Shown here piece after piece: positions 27,235 through 36,527 of a DNA stretch of 41,990 bases. A program made the position numbers and the translations under genes. The first letter of the stretch is position 1; the number at the start of each line of letters is the position of its first letter. Source of the stretch: a virus (Duplodnaviria > Caudoviricetes); IMG/VR virus record IMGVR_UViG_3300042868_009723, positions 1-41,990 of that record; one strand, written 5' to 3'. The notes under the pieces were generated by a model. The model made no database searches. It saw only the letters and a program-made list of their open reading frames with translations, and was not told the origin of the DNA.

Positions 27235-27612
27235 TTGGCTCAGTTTCACAAACATCTTATTATTCGTGCAGAAATTAAAAAACCCGCAGTAGACCCAACA
27301 TATGTATCAGAAATGTGGATGCCTAATCTAATTGATAGGATTGGTATGAAAACACTAATGGGTCCTTATGCAACATATTGTGACGTTCCCGGTAATCGAG
27401 GACTTACAGCAGTAACTATCATTGAGACCAGTCACATCGCTATGCATATTTGGGACGAAGAAAGCCCTGCAATGATGCAACTAGATGTTTACACTTGTGG
27501 TCCTTTGGATCCTTACGATGTAGTAGCTGCTATCCAAGAATTCGAACCAGTTCTAGTAGAAATGAAGTACCTAGATCGAGAACAGAATCTAGTAGAAATT
27601 CCTATGCCATAA
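27235..27612 (+). CDS. speD: pyruvoyl-dependent S-adenosylmethionine decarboxylase-like proenzyme
   Basis: HLI, IETSHIAMHIWDE, LDVYTCG; TTG start with GAGGA SD. Confidence 0.85.
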   Translation: MAQFHKHLIIRAEIKKPAVDPTYVSEMWMPNLIDRIGMKTLMGPYATYCDVPGNRGLTAVTIIETSHIAMHIWDEESPAMMQLDVYTCGPLDPYDVVAAIQEFEPVLVEMKYLDREQNLVEIPMP

Positions 27613-27639
27613 CAAATCAGCTACACTCTAACTAGCTGA

Positions 27640-27645
27640 TAAATA
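27640..27645 (+). promoter_or_regulatory. T4-late-like promoter, 5 nt before ATG
   Basis: gaTAAATA-ttggt-ATG(27651). Confidence 0.65.
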
Positions 27646-27650
27646 TTGGT

Positions 27651-28979
27651 ATGGATGAGATACACACAAAACATTACAAGCACTGGAACGAACTACCTAT
27701 TAACAAGGATACTTCGTGTCAATTTAAATGGACATGGAGTACCCTGTTTTTAAACTTTGGTACTACCAGTAGCTGTCACCGTTGCAAGCATTGGCCTGTA
27801 ACAGTTGATACTATTGAAGACTTCCACAATGTTCCAGGTAAACTGCAAGATCGAGAAAAGATGTTGCAGGGCCAATGGCCCGGTAACGGTTGCGAGTATT
27901 GTAAAGTTGTAGAAGATGTAGGCGGAACCAGCGAGCGTCAAGCCTACATCAAGGACCTAGCGATGCTGCCTCCAGAGATGCAGTACAATCCCAGCGCCAC
28001 TGAAGTTACGCCCAGACTACTAGAAGTTTATTTTAGTAGTCTATGTAATCAAGCCTGCACTTATTGCAGCGCAAAGTTCAGCAGTGTTATTCAAGCAGAA
28101 ATTGTAAAGCATGGTGAGATCGTTAAGGACGATCTAGAAGTATATCAGTGGCCCAACAATCCTGATTATGACATTATGCGCGAAAAGTTTTGGAACTGGA
28201 TGGATAAGCATGGTAAAGACCTGTACAAGTTTCAGATCCTAGGCGGTGAGCCGCTGTATCAACCTGAGTTTGAACGCTGCATCGAATGGTTTGATAAAAA
28301 TCCTTGCCCTAATCTAGAATGGCACATCTTTAGTAACCTCAAACATAAAACAGAACGCTTAGAGCAGCAACTAGACAAAATTGAACGTCTTATTGCAGAT
28401 AAAAAGCTAAAGAGCTTCCAAGTTGTTGCTAGTATGGATTGCTGGGGAGATGAAGCTGAATATGCACGCTACGGTATGGACCTAGAACAATGGGAGCGTA
28501 ACTTCCTGCTGCTGCATAACAAGCGTTGGGTCAAGCTACAAGTACATAGCACTATCACATCGCTAACTACTCCCACAATGTGGAAACTGTACGACAATAT
28601 TATCAAGTGGGAAGATAATCAAATTATGCCTTGGGGCAAGCCCAAGCCAATCTTCTATAGTTGGAACACTATTCAAGATCCAAAGTGGATGAATCCTAGT
28701 GTGTTTGGTGATTACTGTGTACCTGAGATTGATCAGCTAATACGCACTCTTGAAAGCAGAAATCAAACTTTTAACAGGGATATTTCTTATCTAGAAGGTA
28801 TTCGTAAGCAGTTAGTAAATGCTAAACCAAACAAGTATGAAATGTATCGTTTCCGATCACACTTAGATGAATTGGATAAACGCCGTAACTTAGATTGGAA
28901 AAGCATCTATCCGAGACTAGCTGAATATGTTAATTTACAGCTACACAACTATACGTTTGAAAGTAAAAAGGGGCAGTAA
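27651..28979 (+). CDS. radical SAM enzyme with N-terminal auxiliary Cys cluster
   Basis: CNQACTYC, GGEP; N-terminal C..KW...SCHRC...GCEYC. Confidence 0.9.
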   Translation: MDEIHTKHYKHWNELPINKDTSCQFKWTWSTLFLNFGTTSSCHRCKHWPVTVDTIEDFHNVPGKLQDREKMLQGQWPGNGCEYCKVVEDVGGTSERQAYIKDLAMLPPEMQYNPSATEVTPRLLEVYFSSLCNQACTYCSAKFSSVIQAEIVKHGEIVKDDLEVYQWPNNPDYDIMREKFWNWMDKHGKDLYKFQILGGEPLYQPEFERCIEWFDKNPCPNLEWHIFSNLKHKTERLEQQLDKIERLIADKKLKSFQVVASMDCWGDEAEYARYGMDLEQWERNFLLLHNKRWVKLQVHSTITSLTTPTMWKLYDNIIKWEDNQIMPWGKPKPIFYSWNTIQDPKWMNPSVFGDYCVPEIDQLIRTLESRNQTFNRDISYLEGIRKQLVNAKPNKYEMYRFRSHLDELDKRRNLDWKSIYPRLAEYVNLQLHNYTFESKKGQ

Positions 28980-30100
28980 TGCCTCAAATATATGCTAATG
29001 GTTTAATAAAAGAAAATCCTTTTTTTGAACTATCTAATCAAAGTTTTGAAAAACTGCTGAAGCTATATACTAATAAAAACACAAAATATTCTAAATACAT
29101 AGTAGTAAAACCTGTTTATAAGAATCTCAATTTAGAAACAATTGATTTTGACCCGGTTGCTTTTTTCAGCGATGCATTAATAAAAAAGTTAAAATTAGGA
29201 AAAATATCTTTAATTTTTGATTGTTCCATAGAAGGTTCGCATATCGTATTTCCTTACTTTAAAAGATTTAGTAAAGGATTTTCAAATAATAACATACCAC
29301 TTCAACGTTTTTATTATTTAACAGGCGATGCTGTTGAAAAAGACATGCATCTTAAAAACAATGTGTATCACATTAATGCGTGTGATAGTATGTTGAGCTG
29401 TCCCAACCCACGTTTAGATACAAAAGCAACCTTATATTTTACGTGCCTCAGTCGCAAACCTAGATACTGGCGTTCTAGATTAATCTATGAAATGTATAAT
29501 ACTGCGTATAAAGATAAAATGCTAGCGAGTCATCCGAAAATTGAATCTAAAAATGATTTTATGAATCATGACGGATTTGATGTTGACGGTAATATGGTTG
29601 AGTTTTTTATTAAACATTCTCCTATGCAAGTTTCGCAGAATGCTCCACTTTCTAGCACAATGCCGGATAAAGATATAATATCAACTTTACCGGAAGTCTA
29701 CAGTCGCGCAGTATTTGACGTATCATTAGAAACATATCAAGAAAGAGCACACGAATTTATTACAGAAAAAACTTTCAAACCTATGCTTAATATGATGCCG
29801 GTAATAATTTGGGGTACACCCGGTATTAATACATCGGGGCTGACCCGATTAGGATTTAAGACATATGAGGATTGGTTTGATTTAACCTTCGATATTGAAC
29901 CTAATACTGAAAAAAGACTTAAGCTTTTACTTGATGAGATACATCGTGTATGTAATATGCTAGATAGCATCGATGATATATCTAGTTGGCAGCGAAAGAA
30001 TATGGGCGTAATAGAGCACAATAAAAATATTATACGCAACTTGTTACCTACAAATGTATCCGAATTTACTCAATTTTATAAAGATATAGAAGCAGGTTGA
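28979..30100 (+). CDS. hypothetical protein with GT-B/fucosyltransferase-like C-terminal motif
   Basis: CLSRKPRYWR; SLET...FITEKTFKP...P.IIWG...LGFKTY; paralogue of 38848-40107. Confidence 0.55.
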   Translation: MPQIYANGLIKENPFFELSNQSFEKLLKLYTNKNTKYSKYIVVKPVYKNLNLETIDFDPVAFFSDALIKKLKLGKISLIFDCSIEGSHIVFPYFKRFSKGFSNNNIPLQRFYYLTGDAVEKDMHLKNNVYHINACDSMLSCPNPRLDTKATLYFTCLSRKPRYWRSRLIYEMYNTAYKDKMLASHPKIESKNDFMNHDGFDVDGNMVEFFIKHSPMQVSQNAPLSSTMPDKDIISTLPEVYSRAVFDVSLETYQERAHEFITEKTFKPMLNMMPVIIWGTPGINTSGLTRLGFKTYEDWFDLTFDIEPNTEKRLKLLLDEIHRVCNMLDSIDDISSWQRKNMGVIEHNKNIIRNLLPTNVSEFTQFYKDIEAG

Positions 30101-30125
30101 CAAGATTGCAATATATTGCTATACT
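30097..30125 (+). promoter_or_regulatory. sigma70-type promoter for DNA ligase
   Basis: TTGACA-17 nt-TATACT with TGn extension; GCAATATATTGC palindrome in the spacer. Confidence 0.8.
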
Positions 30126-30156
30126 GTTGTATCATTAGTATTTTAAGGCAACTAAA

Positions 30157-31455
30157 ATGACCCCATGGCAAATTATTAAAGATTTGGAAACACACAATCT
30201 GCGTACTAACAAAGAGCAGATCATTGATGCTAATAGAGATAATGCAGAATTTTTAGAAGGTTGTAGACTTGCACTAGACTCTATGATCACATTTGGTCTC
30301 AAGAAAATTCCAGAAAAGACTGATGAGGATGGGCCTGGCCTAAGCTGGGACGCATTTACTCTAGCACTAACAGGCTTTGTTAGTCGCGGTGTCACCGGTA
30401 ATACAGCTCGCGACATGATCGCAACAATGATGAACTCTGCTACGCAAGAGCAGTGGAATCATTGGTATCGACGTATCCTTATTAAGGATCTACGCTGCGG
30501 CGTAAGTGAAAAGACCATTAACAAAGTTGTTAAGGGTGCTATTCCTGTATTTGAATGTCAGCTCAGTCATGACAGTGCTAACCATGAAAGTAAAGTATGC
30601 GGCAAGAAACTGATCGAAGTGAAGTTGGATGGTGTGCGAGTTTTAACCGTAGTCTATCCAGATGGGCGAGTGGACCAGTTCAGTCGCAATGGCAAGGAGT
30701 TGCTCAACTTTGGTCACATCAAAGAGCAGTTCGCCAAAGTAGCGAACAAGTTAAGCTCTCCGACTGTTTTCGACGGGGAGATTATGAGCAGCAGTTTCCA
30801 GGATCTAATGAAGCAGGTTCACCGCAAGGAAAATGTAACAGCCGGTGATGCAGTACTACACTTGTTTGATATTATTCCGCTTGACCAGTTTCAAGAAGGC
30901 AAGTTTGCAGTTAAGCAACGTGAGCGCACAGCATGGCTCAAGCAGTGGTACGAACAACACATGAACCTGTTGCCCAACGTAACTGTACTTGACCATGCAG
31001 TAGTTGACCTTGATTCTGATGAAGGACAGAAGTTGTTTTCTATGTACAATAAGAGTGCAGTAGAGAACGGTTACGAAGGTATTATGATCAAGGACTTGAA
31101 TGCTCCATACGAGTGCAAGCGTAGTGCTGCCTGGCTCAAACTCAAACCCTTCATTGAAGTTTCGTTGGAAGTAATCAATGTTGAAGAAGGCACTGGAAGA
31201 AATGTTGGACGACTGGGTGCATTTGTATGTGCCGGCGTCGACGACGGAAAACGTATTAAAGTTAATGTTGGGTCTGGCTTCAGTGATTCGAATAGAGATA
31301 GCTTTTGGGCTAGCCACGTTGAAAATGATAATATTGTAGGACAAATTGTTGAAGTGAGGGCAGATGCGGTAACGCAGAACCAAGATGGAACTTATAGTTT
31401 GCGCTTCCCTCGCTTCTTACGTTTCCGTGGCTTTGAGGCCGGAGAGAAACTATAA
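30157..31455 (+). CDS. lig: ATP-dependent DNA ligase
   Basis: [41 protein letters not shown]. Confidence 0.97.
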   Translation: MTPWQIIKDLETHNLRTNKEQIIDANRDNAEFLEGCRLALDSMITFGLKKIPEKTDEDGPGLSWDAFTLALTGFVSRGVTGNTARDMIATMMNSATQEQWNHWYRRILIKDLRCGVSEKTINKVVKGAIPVFECQLSHDSANHESKVCGKKLIEVKLDGVRVLTVVYPDGRVDQFSRNGKELLNFGHIKEQFAKVANKLSSPTVFDGEIMSSSFQDLMKQVHRKENVTAGDAVLHLFDIIPLDQFQEGKFAVKQRERTAWLKQWYEQHMNLLPNVTVLDHAVVDLDSDEGQKLFSMYNKSAVENGYEGIMIKDLNAPYECKRSAAWLKLKPFIEVSLEVINVEEGTGRNVGRLGAFVCAGVDDGKRIKVNVGSGFSDSNRDSFWASHVENDNIVGQIVEVRADAVTQNQDGTYSLRFPRFLRFRGFEAGEKL

Positions 31456-31784
31456 TGACATACGTTGTAACAGAATCATGTATTAAGTGCAAGTATACTG
31501 ATTGTGTGACGGTTTGCCCAGTAGATTGCTTTTATGAAGGTGAAAATTTTCTAGTCATTAACCCCGACGAATGTATTGATTGTGCGCTGTGTGAGCCTGA
31601 GTGTCCTGTTAATGCGATTTATTCTGATAACGACTTGCCACAGGAACAGCGTTACATGATTGACTTAAATGCTGAACTTAGCAAAGAGTGGCAAACTAGT
31701 AATATTACAGCCAAACGTGATCCGCTGCCGGATGCAGAGCACTGGGCTACTGTTCAAGATAAAAAAGATTTTCTAGTAAGGTAG
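31455..31784 (+). CDS. fdxA: FdxA-type (7Fe/8Fe) ferredoxin
   Basis: [18 protein letters not shown]; [16 protein letters not shown]. Confidence 0.93.
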   Translation: MTYVVTESCIKCKYTDCVTVCPVDCFYEGENFLVINPDECIDCALCEPECPVNAIYSDNDLPQEQRYMIDLNAELSKEWQTSNITAKRDPLPDAEHWATVQDKKDFLVR

Positions 31785-31785
31785 T

Positions 31786-31791
31786 TAAATA
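31786..31791 (+). promoter_or_regulatory. T4-late-like promoter, 5 nt before ATG
   Basis: TAAATA-aagtt-ATG(31797). Confidence 0.6.
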
Positions 31792-31796
31792 AAGTT

Positions 31797-32393
31797 ATGA
31801 GTAAACAATACGACCCATATAGCAAATATGCATCTAGCACTGATGTCAGTTTAGGCGAGTCCTTTCTCGAAGATTGGCGCTGTGAATTAGTTGACCCTAG
31901 AGATCCTGCATTACATCGAAGTGCTACAACTGACCCGTTTAAAGGCGGTATTGACTGGACTGAACGCGAAAAAGAAATGCTTGAGCTAATGCATGCCAAT
32001 TTAGGTGTAGGACTTAGTGCTACACAAGTTGGTAGTAGTTATAACATGTTTGTTATGGCACATAGTTTCTTAGGTGACATAGGTATTTACAAACCCTCCA
32101 TTATTGAAACTGAAGGTGAAGTACAAATTGAAGAAGGTTGCTTAACTTGGCCGTTGCTTTACTTAAAGATTAAGAGACCAGCTAAGATCAAGGTACAGTT
32201 CACCAAAACAGATGGTGAGACTGTGGTTGAAACATGGATGGATGGTATTGATGCAAGATGTTTCCTTCACGAGTATGATCACTTGCAAGGAATTAACTTT
32301 ATAGACATTGTTGGCGAATTTAAACTACAGATGGCTAAACAAAAACGCGACAAGCGTTTTAAAAGATTGGAACGTTCTGTTAAGAGAGGATAA
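31797..32393 (+). CDS. def: peptide deformylase
   Basis: GVGLSATQVG, EGCLT, HEYDHLQG. Confidence 0.95.
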   Translation: MSKQYDPYSKYASSTDVSLGESFLEDWRCELVDPRDPALHRSATTDPFKGGIDWTEREKEMLELMHANLGVGLSATQVGSSYNMFVMAHSFLGDIGIYKPSIIETEGEVQIEEGCLTWPLLYLKIKRPAKIKVQFTKTDGETVVETWMDGIDARCFLHEYDHLQGINFIDIVGEFKLQMAKQKRDKRFKRLERSVKRG

Positions 32394-33250
32394 TGGACTA
32401 TCCATTCTATGTCAACAACTTTGATCGTGTTCAAGACCATGCAAGACAATATCCTTTAGTAAGAAAGATATTTGAGCATCCTGTTGCGTTTTGGTACGGC
32501 CAAAGAAACGGCAAACCCGTAAAGCATCTAGAAAAGAGCTTGGCAAGATTGTTCCGTAGAACATTGCCTGCTCTTCCTGTGTTTGTGCTTTACAATCTTC
32601 CTAACCGAGACATGGGACATTACAGCAAAGGTGGCGCTAGCAGTTCTGCTAGCTATTTAGAGTTTATTGAAAGTTTTGCATTAGGTGTAGGCAAACTTTC
32701 GCCTATTGTTATCTTTGAACCCGATGCGCTGCCACATAGTACAGAAATGGCTACAGTTGAAGCACAGTGGCGCTATAAACTAATGCAACAAGCATTAACA
32801 ATACTAACTGAGCGTACTAACGCACTAGTGTATGTTGACATAGGTCATAGCAATTGGCTCGAACCTGAAGAAGCTGGTAAACTACTTAACAGTGTATGTG
32901 CGCCGGGTGTGCGCGGCTTTAGTGTCAATGTCAGCAACTTTAGAACCACAGAAGAGTCTGTAAGCTGGGCAGAGCGTGTAGGCGAATATACACAGTACAA
33001 TCACTACGTAGTTGATACTAGTCGCAACGGCAACGGTCCATATGGCAATGAATGGTGCAACCCACCTGGTCGTGCAATTGGTCAAAAACCTACAACAGAT
33101 ACTGGATACCCTCTGTGCGATGCTTATCTATGGATTAAGATTCCTGGCGAGAGTGACGGAAGAAAAAATAACGGACCTAGAGCAGGCCGCTTTTGGCCCG
33201 TTTATGCCGAGCAATTAGTTATTAATACCGCGAATATTTTAAATGATTGA
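32393..33250 (+). CDS. glycoside hydrolase family 6 (endoglucanase/cellulase-like)
   Basis: YNLPNRD, EPDAL, YVDIGHSNWL, GFSVNVSNF, DTSRNGNG, WCNPPGR, WIKIPGESDG. Confidence 0.9.
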   Translation: MDYPFYVNNFDRVQDHARQYPLVRKIFEHPVAFWYGQRNGKPVKHLEKSLARLFRRTLPALPVFVLYNLPNRDMGHYSKGGASSSASYLEFIESFALGVGKLSPIVIFEPDALPHSTEMATVEAQWRYKLMQQALTILTERTNALVYVDIGHSNWLEPEEAGKLLNSVCAPGVRGFSVNVSNFRTTEESVSWAERVGEYTQYNHYVVDTSRNGNGPYGNEWCNPPGRAIGQKPTTDTGYPLCDAYLWIKIPGESDGRKNNGPRAGRFWPVYAEQLVINTANILND

Positions 33251-33716
33251 ATATTATAAAAATGCTCTTAGTGAGCAAGAAATTATCTATTTAGAAAAGA
33301 ATGTACATGAATTCTATAATCATGATACAGAAATTTTTCATAGCTTACGTGCAGATCTAATTAAAATACCACTGTTTTTCAAATTTTTAATTTACGAAAA
33401 ACTACAAGCATTCTCCGAAAAATATAAAGTAGAAGTTGGAGAAATTGAGTTTGCTAGATATAGACGATATTTACCCGGTGACTATATTAAACCACACAAC
33501 GATAATTATAAAAATGGTAATAGAAAAGTAACTATTATTTTCGGAATAAACGATCAATATAGCGGCGGCGAACTCTGTATTAACAACACAGAATTTAAAA
33601 TTCTAAGAGGTGATATGTTGCTATTTTCTAGCGAAATTATGCACGAAGTTAAGACAGTTACAGACGGTGTAAGAGATATTATAGTAGTGTTAACTCACAC
33701 TTTAGAAAATATTTAA
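33243..33716 (+). CDS. 2OG-Fe(II) oxygenase
   Basis: PHND, YSGGEL, HEVKTVTDGVR. Confidence 0.85.
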   Translation: MIEYYKNALSEQEIIYLEKNVHEFYNHDTEIFHSLRADLIKIPLFFKFLIYEKLQAFSEKYKVEVGEIEFARYRRYLPGDYIKPHNDNYKNGNRKVTIIFGINDQYSGGELCINNTEFKILRGDMLLFSSEIMHEVKTVTDGVRDIIVVLTHTLENI

Positions 33717-34057
33717 GAAACACCGCTTGGATCAGTGTTGTCTTGCACTTGATCACTAACAGCAACTTCATCACCTGGATTGTATAGTTCTGCTTCTAAG
33801 TAATGCTTTGCGCTACTAATGTAATCACCTGCACGAACAATCTTAGCAGTCCACCATTGAGGAAGATCACCGTTTGGAACTTCCTTTAGCATCTTGTGTA
33901 GCTCAACGGCATACTTGCCAATCTTATAAAGTTCTTGACGAATCATATCTGGTTCGTCGTCAACATGACCGACCACAGTCTTTACAACTTCATCGCCTGT
34001 TTCTGGTTCTTCTTTTAGAATTCCAGCTAGCTTTTGTAATCTATATAAGTCGTTCAT
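33713..34057 (-). CDS. hypothetical acidic protein (114 aa), probable head-associated
   Basis: LQKLAGI motif shared with the upstream gene; stop overlaps the convergent gene's stop (TTAA). Confidence 0.65.
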   Translation of the reverse strand: MNDLYRLQKLAGILKEEPETGDEVVKTVVGHVDDEPDMIRQELYKIGKYAVELHKMLKEVPNGDLPQWWTAKIVRAGDYISSAKHYLEAELYNPGDEVAVSDQVQDNTDPSGVS

Positions 34058-35943
34058 TATCTTAAACCTGCTAGTTTGCGTAGTTCTAACATAGCTGCAT
34101 CTAGTGCATTGCCTGCTGTTCCCTCAACTTCTTCGTTGGAAATCTTACGCATTGTGTTTTTGCGATTATAATACTTACGTGCCGAATCTGCATCGTCATG
34201 GCTATTGTCCCAATGCTTACCAATTTCTCCCGATGCTTTCTTTACATACGAGTCTTTAGTTTTATCGGAAATTTCAGCAATCTGATCGTCTTCGCGAACG
34301 TCAGCATCACTGTTGCCATAGTCTGCTTCTAATTGATCAGCAACAATGTCTAGGATCTGTTCAAAGTCATCGTCTGGGTGTAGGTGATGATCGATTGATA
34401 CGTCATCGTACATTTGCTGAATAATTTTAGCAGCAGTAGCTTCTGCAGGTGTCTTCGGGTTAGTCATAACATCATAGATGTCTAGTTCACCTGAGCCAGC
34501 TTTTGCTAGTACTAGATCTGAATCGCTGCTGAAACCTTCTTCAACCTCTTCATTTTTTAATTTACCTTCAAGATCCTTTAACTTTTCGCGGGCAGCTTTG
34601 CGGCGAAGTGCTGTGTAACCTTTATCCATAGAGTCACGCTTAACAGTTTGAATCTGTCTTTTCAGGGCAGCATTCTCATCTTCGTCTTCAGCTTCGACTC
34701 TGAGCGCACCTACGCCTCTGTATCCGTGTGCAATTTCTTGCTCGAAGTCATCTATGCTTGGAATCCAATCTTCGTCATCTTCGTCCTCATCTTCTTCGTC
34801 TTCATCCTTAGCTTCTTCTACACCGTAGTCAGTGCGAATGCTGTTTAAGTCAACATTTTCCTTTTTGAACTCATCTTCATCAGCTGAATCATCATAAGCA
34901 GGGCTATTGTCGCCAGCAGTTAGGTCCATGTTTTTAACTGCATTAACTGTTAAATCTAAAACAAACTGCTTTAGGTCTTTTGGTAGACCTGAAATACCGA
35001 TGTCTTTTTGATTCATAAGCTGTACAATATCGCTTACCTTTTGATCAACTGCTAGACTGTTGTTGTCTTTAGGATCAAGTCTTTCGCTGATCTCTGCTAA
35101 CAATGCTTCCGGAGAGCGTAATAGTGCTTGAATAAACTGCTCTTGCTTAGCCGCCGGATCGCTAACATCTACACCCTTAGGGAAACGATTGGCAATACTC
35201 ATCTTAGCACTGGATGCACTGGGTGGTAAAAACTTTGCTGCCTTAGCATCAGCACTGCTAAATTCAACTGGTGCTGCTTCTTCTAAAGGAAGTCCTGCTA
35301 ATTTTCTTAGAATGTTAATTTGTTCGCTCATATCTGCTCTCGCTATTTTGTTATAAATTAAGTTAAACACCTTGTCGTTGTACGTGCCAAACTGTTTTGT
35401 ATAAATTTGTTTAGCACTTTCTGCATCCGGAGCAGCTTTTAATGCGTCTCTAAATGCGCTGGCGCTAGCAACTTCGTCACCAATTTTAATAGTAGGCGCT
35501 AGTGTAATGTATCCACGCTCACTCATCGGCTTTGGACTTGCCTTTAGTGTATTTATCTTTTGGAAGTATTTAGGCTTTGCTTCGCCCCGCACAGTCATAT
35601 CTAAACCTGTGTTTGGATCCACATTATTGAAGGGGAACCGATCTAAGTCTTTTTCGCCTACTGCAAAAACAATTATAGTTTCAGCAGGATTAAAGTACTT
35701 AGCGTAGTCCTCTTGATGATATGTACGAGTAACAGCTAGCACTCGATCTGCCGAAATACCGTGTGCAGCAGCAATCTGTTGCTTTTCCTTAAAGTTAAAA
35801 GGACTTTTAGGAAGCTCTACTTTATCGCTGGTACCAATATATACATCAGCATCAGGAAACTGTGATTGAAGCTGTTTAAATACTTCAGCGTGATGGCTGA
35901 GCATTGGCTGGAATCTGCCTGGATATATAACTACTTTGTTCAT
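34057..35943 (-). CDS. HIGH-class nucleotidyltransferase (cytidylyltransferase-like) domain fused to acidic modular region
   Basis: YPGRFQPMLSHH, SPFNFKEK, AVGEKD, SASAFR; two LRKLAGL motifs; start revised to MNKVVIY. Confidence 0.75.
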   Translation of the reverse strand: MNKVVIYPGRFQPMLSHHAEVFKQLQSQFPDADVYIGTSDKVELPKSPFNFKEKQQIAAAHGISADRVLAVTRTYHQEDYAKYFNPAETIIVFAVGEKDLDRFPFNNVDPNTGLDMTVRGEAKPKYFQKINTLKASPKPMSERGYITLAPTIKIGDEVASASAFRDALKAAPDAESAKQIYTKQFGTYNDKVFNLIYNKIARADMSEQINILRKLAGLPLEEAAPVEFSSADAKAAKFLPPSASSAKMSIANRFPKGVDVSDPAAKQEQFIQALLRSPEALLAEISERLDPKDNNSLAVDQKVSDIVQLMNQKDIGISGLPKDLKQFVLDLTVNAVKNMDLTAGDNSPAYDDSADEDEFKKENVDLNSIRTDYGVEEAKDEDEEDEDEDDEDWIPSIDDFEQEIAHGYRGVGALRVEAEDEDENAALKRQIQTVKRDSMDKGYTALRRKAAREKLKDLEGKLKNEEVEEGFSSDSDLVLAKAGSGELDIYDVMTNPKTPAEATAAKIIQQMYDDVSIDHHLHPDDDFEQILDIVADQLEADYGNSDADVREDDQIAEISDKTKDSYVKKASGEIGKHWDNSHDDADSARKYYNRKNTMRKISNEEVEGTAGNALDAAMLELRKLAGLR

Positions 35944-35948
35944 ACTAG

Positions 35949-35954
35949 TATTTA
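35949..35954 (-). promoter_or_regulatory. T4-late-like promoter, 5 nt before ATG
   Basis: Minus strand gaTAAATA-ctagt-ATG(35943). Confidence 0.65.
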
Positions 35955-35984
35955 TCACTGAGGCATATAAATGTTGCGCCTAAA

Positions 35985-36527
35985 TTAATCTAAAGTAGTA
36001 CACCAAACACTTAATTCGCCAACCTCAATTCCTTGAGGCTGGTCTAAGCACCATTTAACCATAGCTGCTAGTTGTTCGGGCGTTAACATTTTCACATCTA
36101 CGTGAGAAACCATATCTGTTCTCACATATCCCGGGTTTATATTAATTACACGGCATTTTCTGTTTATATCACGAATAGCATTAATTGCACTAGAACGCAA
36201 CAGTTTTTTATCTGCGGTATATTTTCGCTGATTTGGTCCGTTATAGATCGTTCGACTGTTTATGTTAACAATCGTTTTAGTAGAGTCGCTGTTCCAGTGC
36301 TTTAGTAACATGTCAAAGATGGTTGTTTGAGCTGTGTTGTTGTATGCATTGTTAACAAACACATCACAATCTATTTCTATTGTATTTTTAATAATTGATT
36401 TAACATCTTCCGGTTTTGAAATATCATATCCATTACTACGGCTGAATCCTACAACTTCGTCGGTGTAGTATAATCCGGCAATTGCTTTACCAATTCCTTT
36501 AGTGTGTCCTGTGATTGCTATTTTCAT
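35985..36527 (-). CDS. short-chain dehydrogenase/reductase
   Basis: TGHTKGIG, VNNA, YTADK (YxxxK), NPGYVRT. Confidence 0.9.
   Translation of the reverse strand: MKIAITGHTKGIGKAIAGLYYTDEVVGFSRSNGYDISKPEDVKSIIKNTIEIDCDVFVNNAYNNTAQTTIFDMLLKHWNSDSTKTIVNINSRTIYNGPNQRKYTADKKLLRSSAINAIRDINRKCRVININPGYVRTDMVSHVDVKMLTPEQLAAMVKWCLDQPQGIEVGELSVWCTTLD

Noticed and set aside
34770-34820. TCATCTTCG-like low-complexity repeat
   Set aside because: It is simply the coding sequence of the acidic tract EEAKDEDEEDEDEDDEDW on the minus strand.
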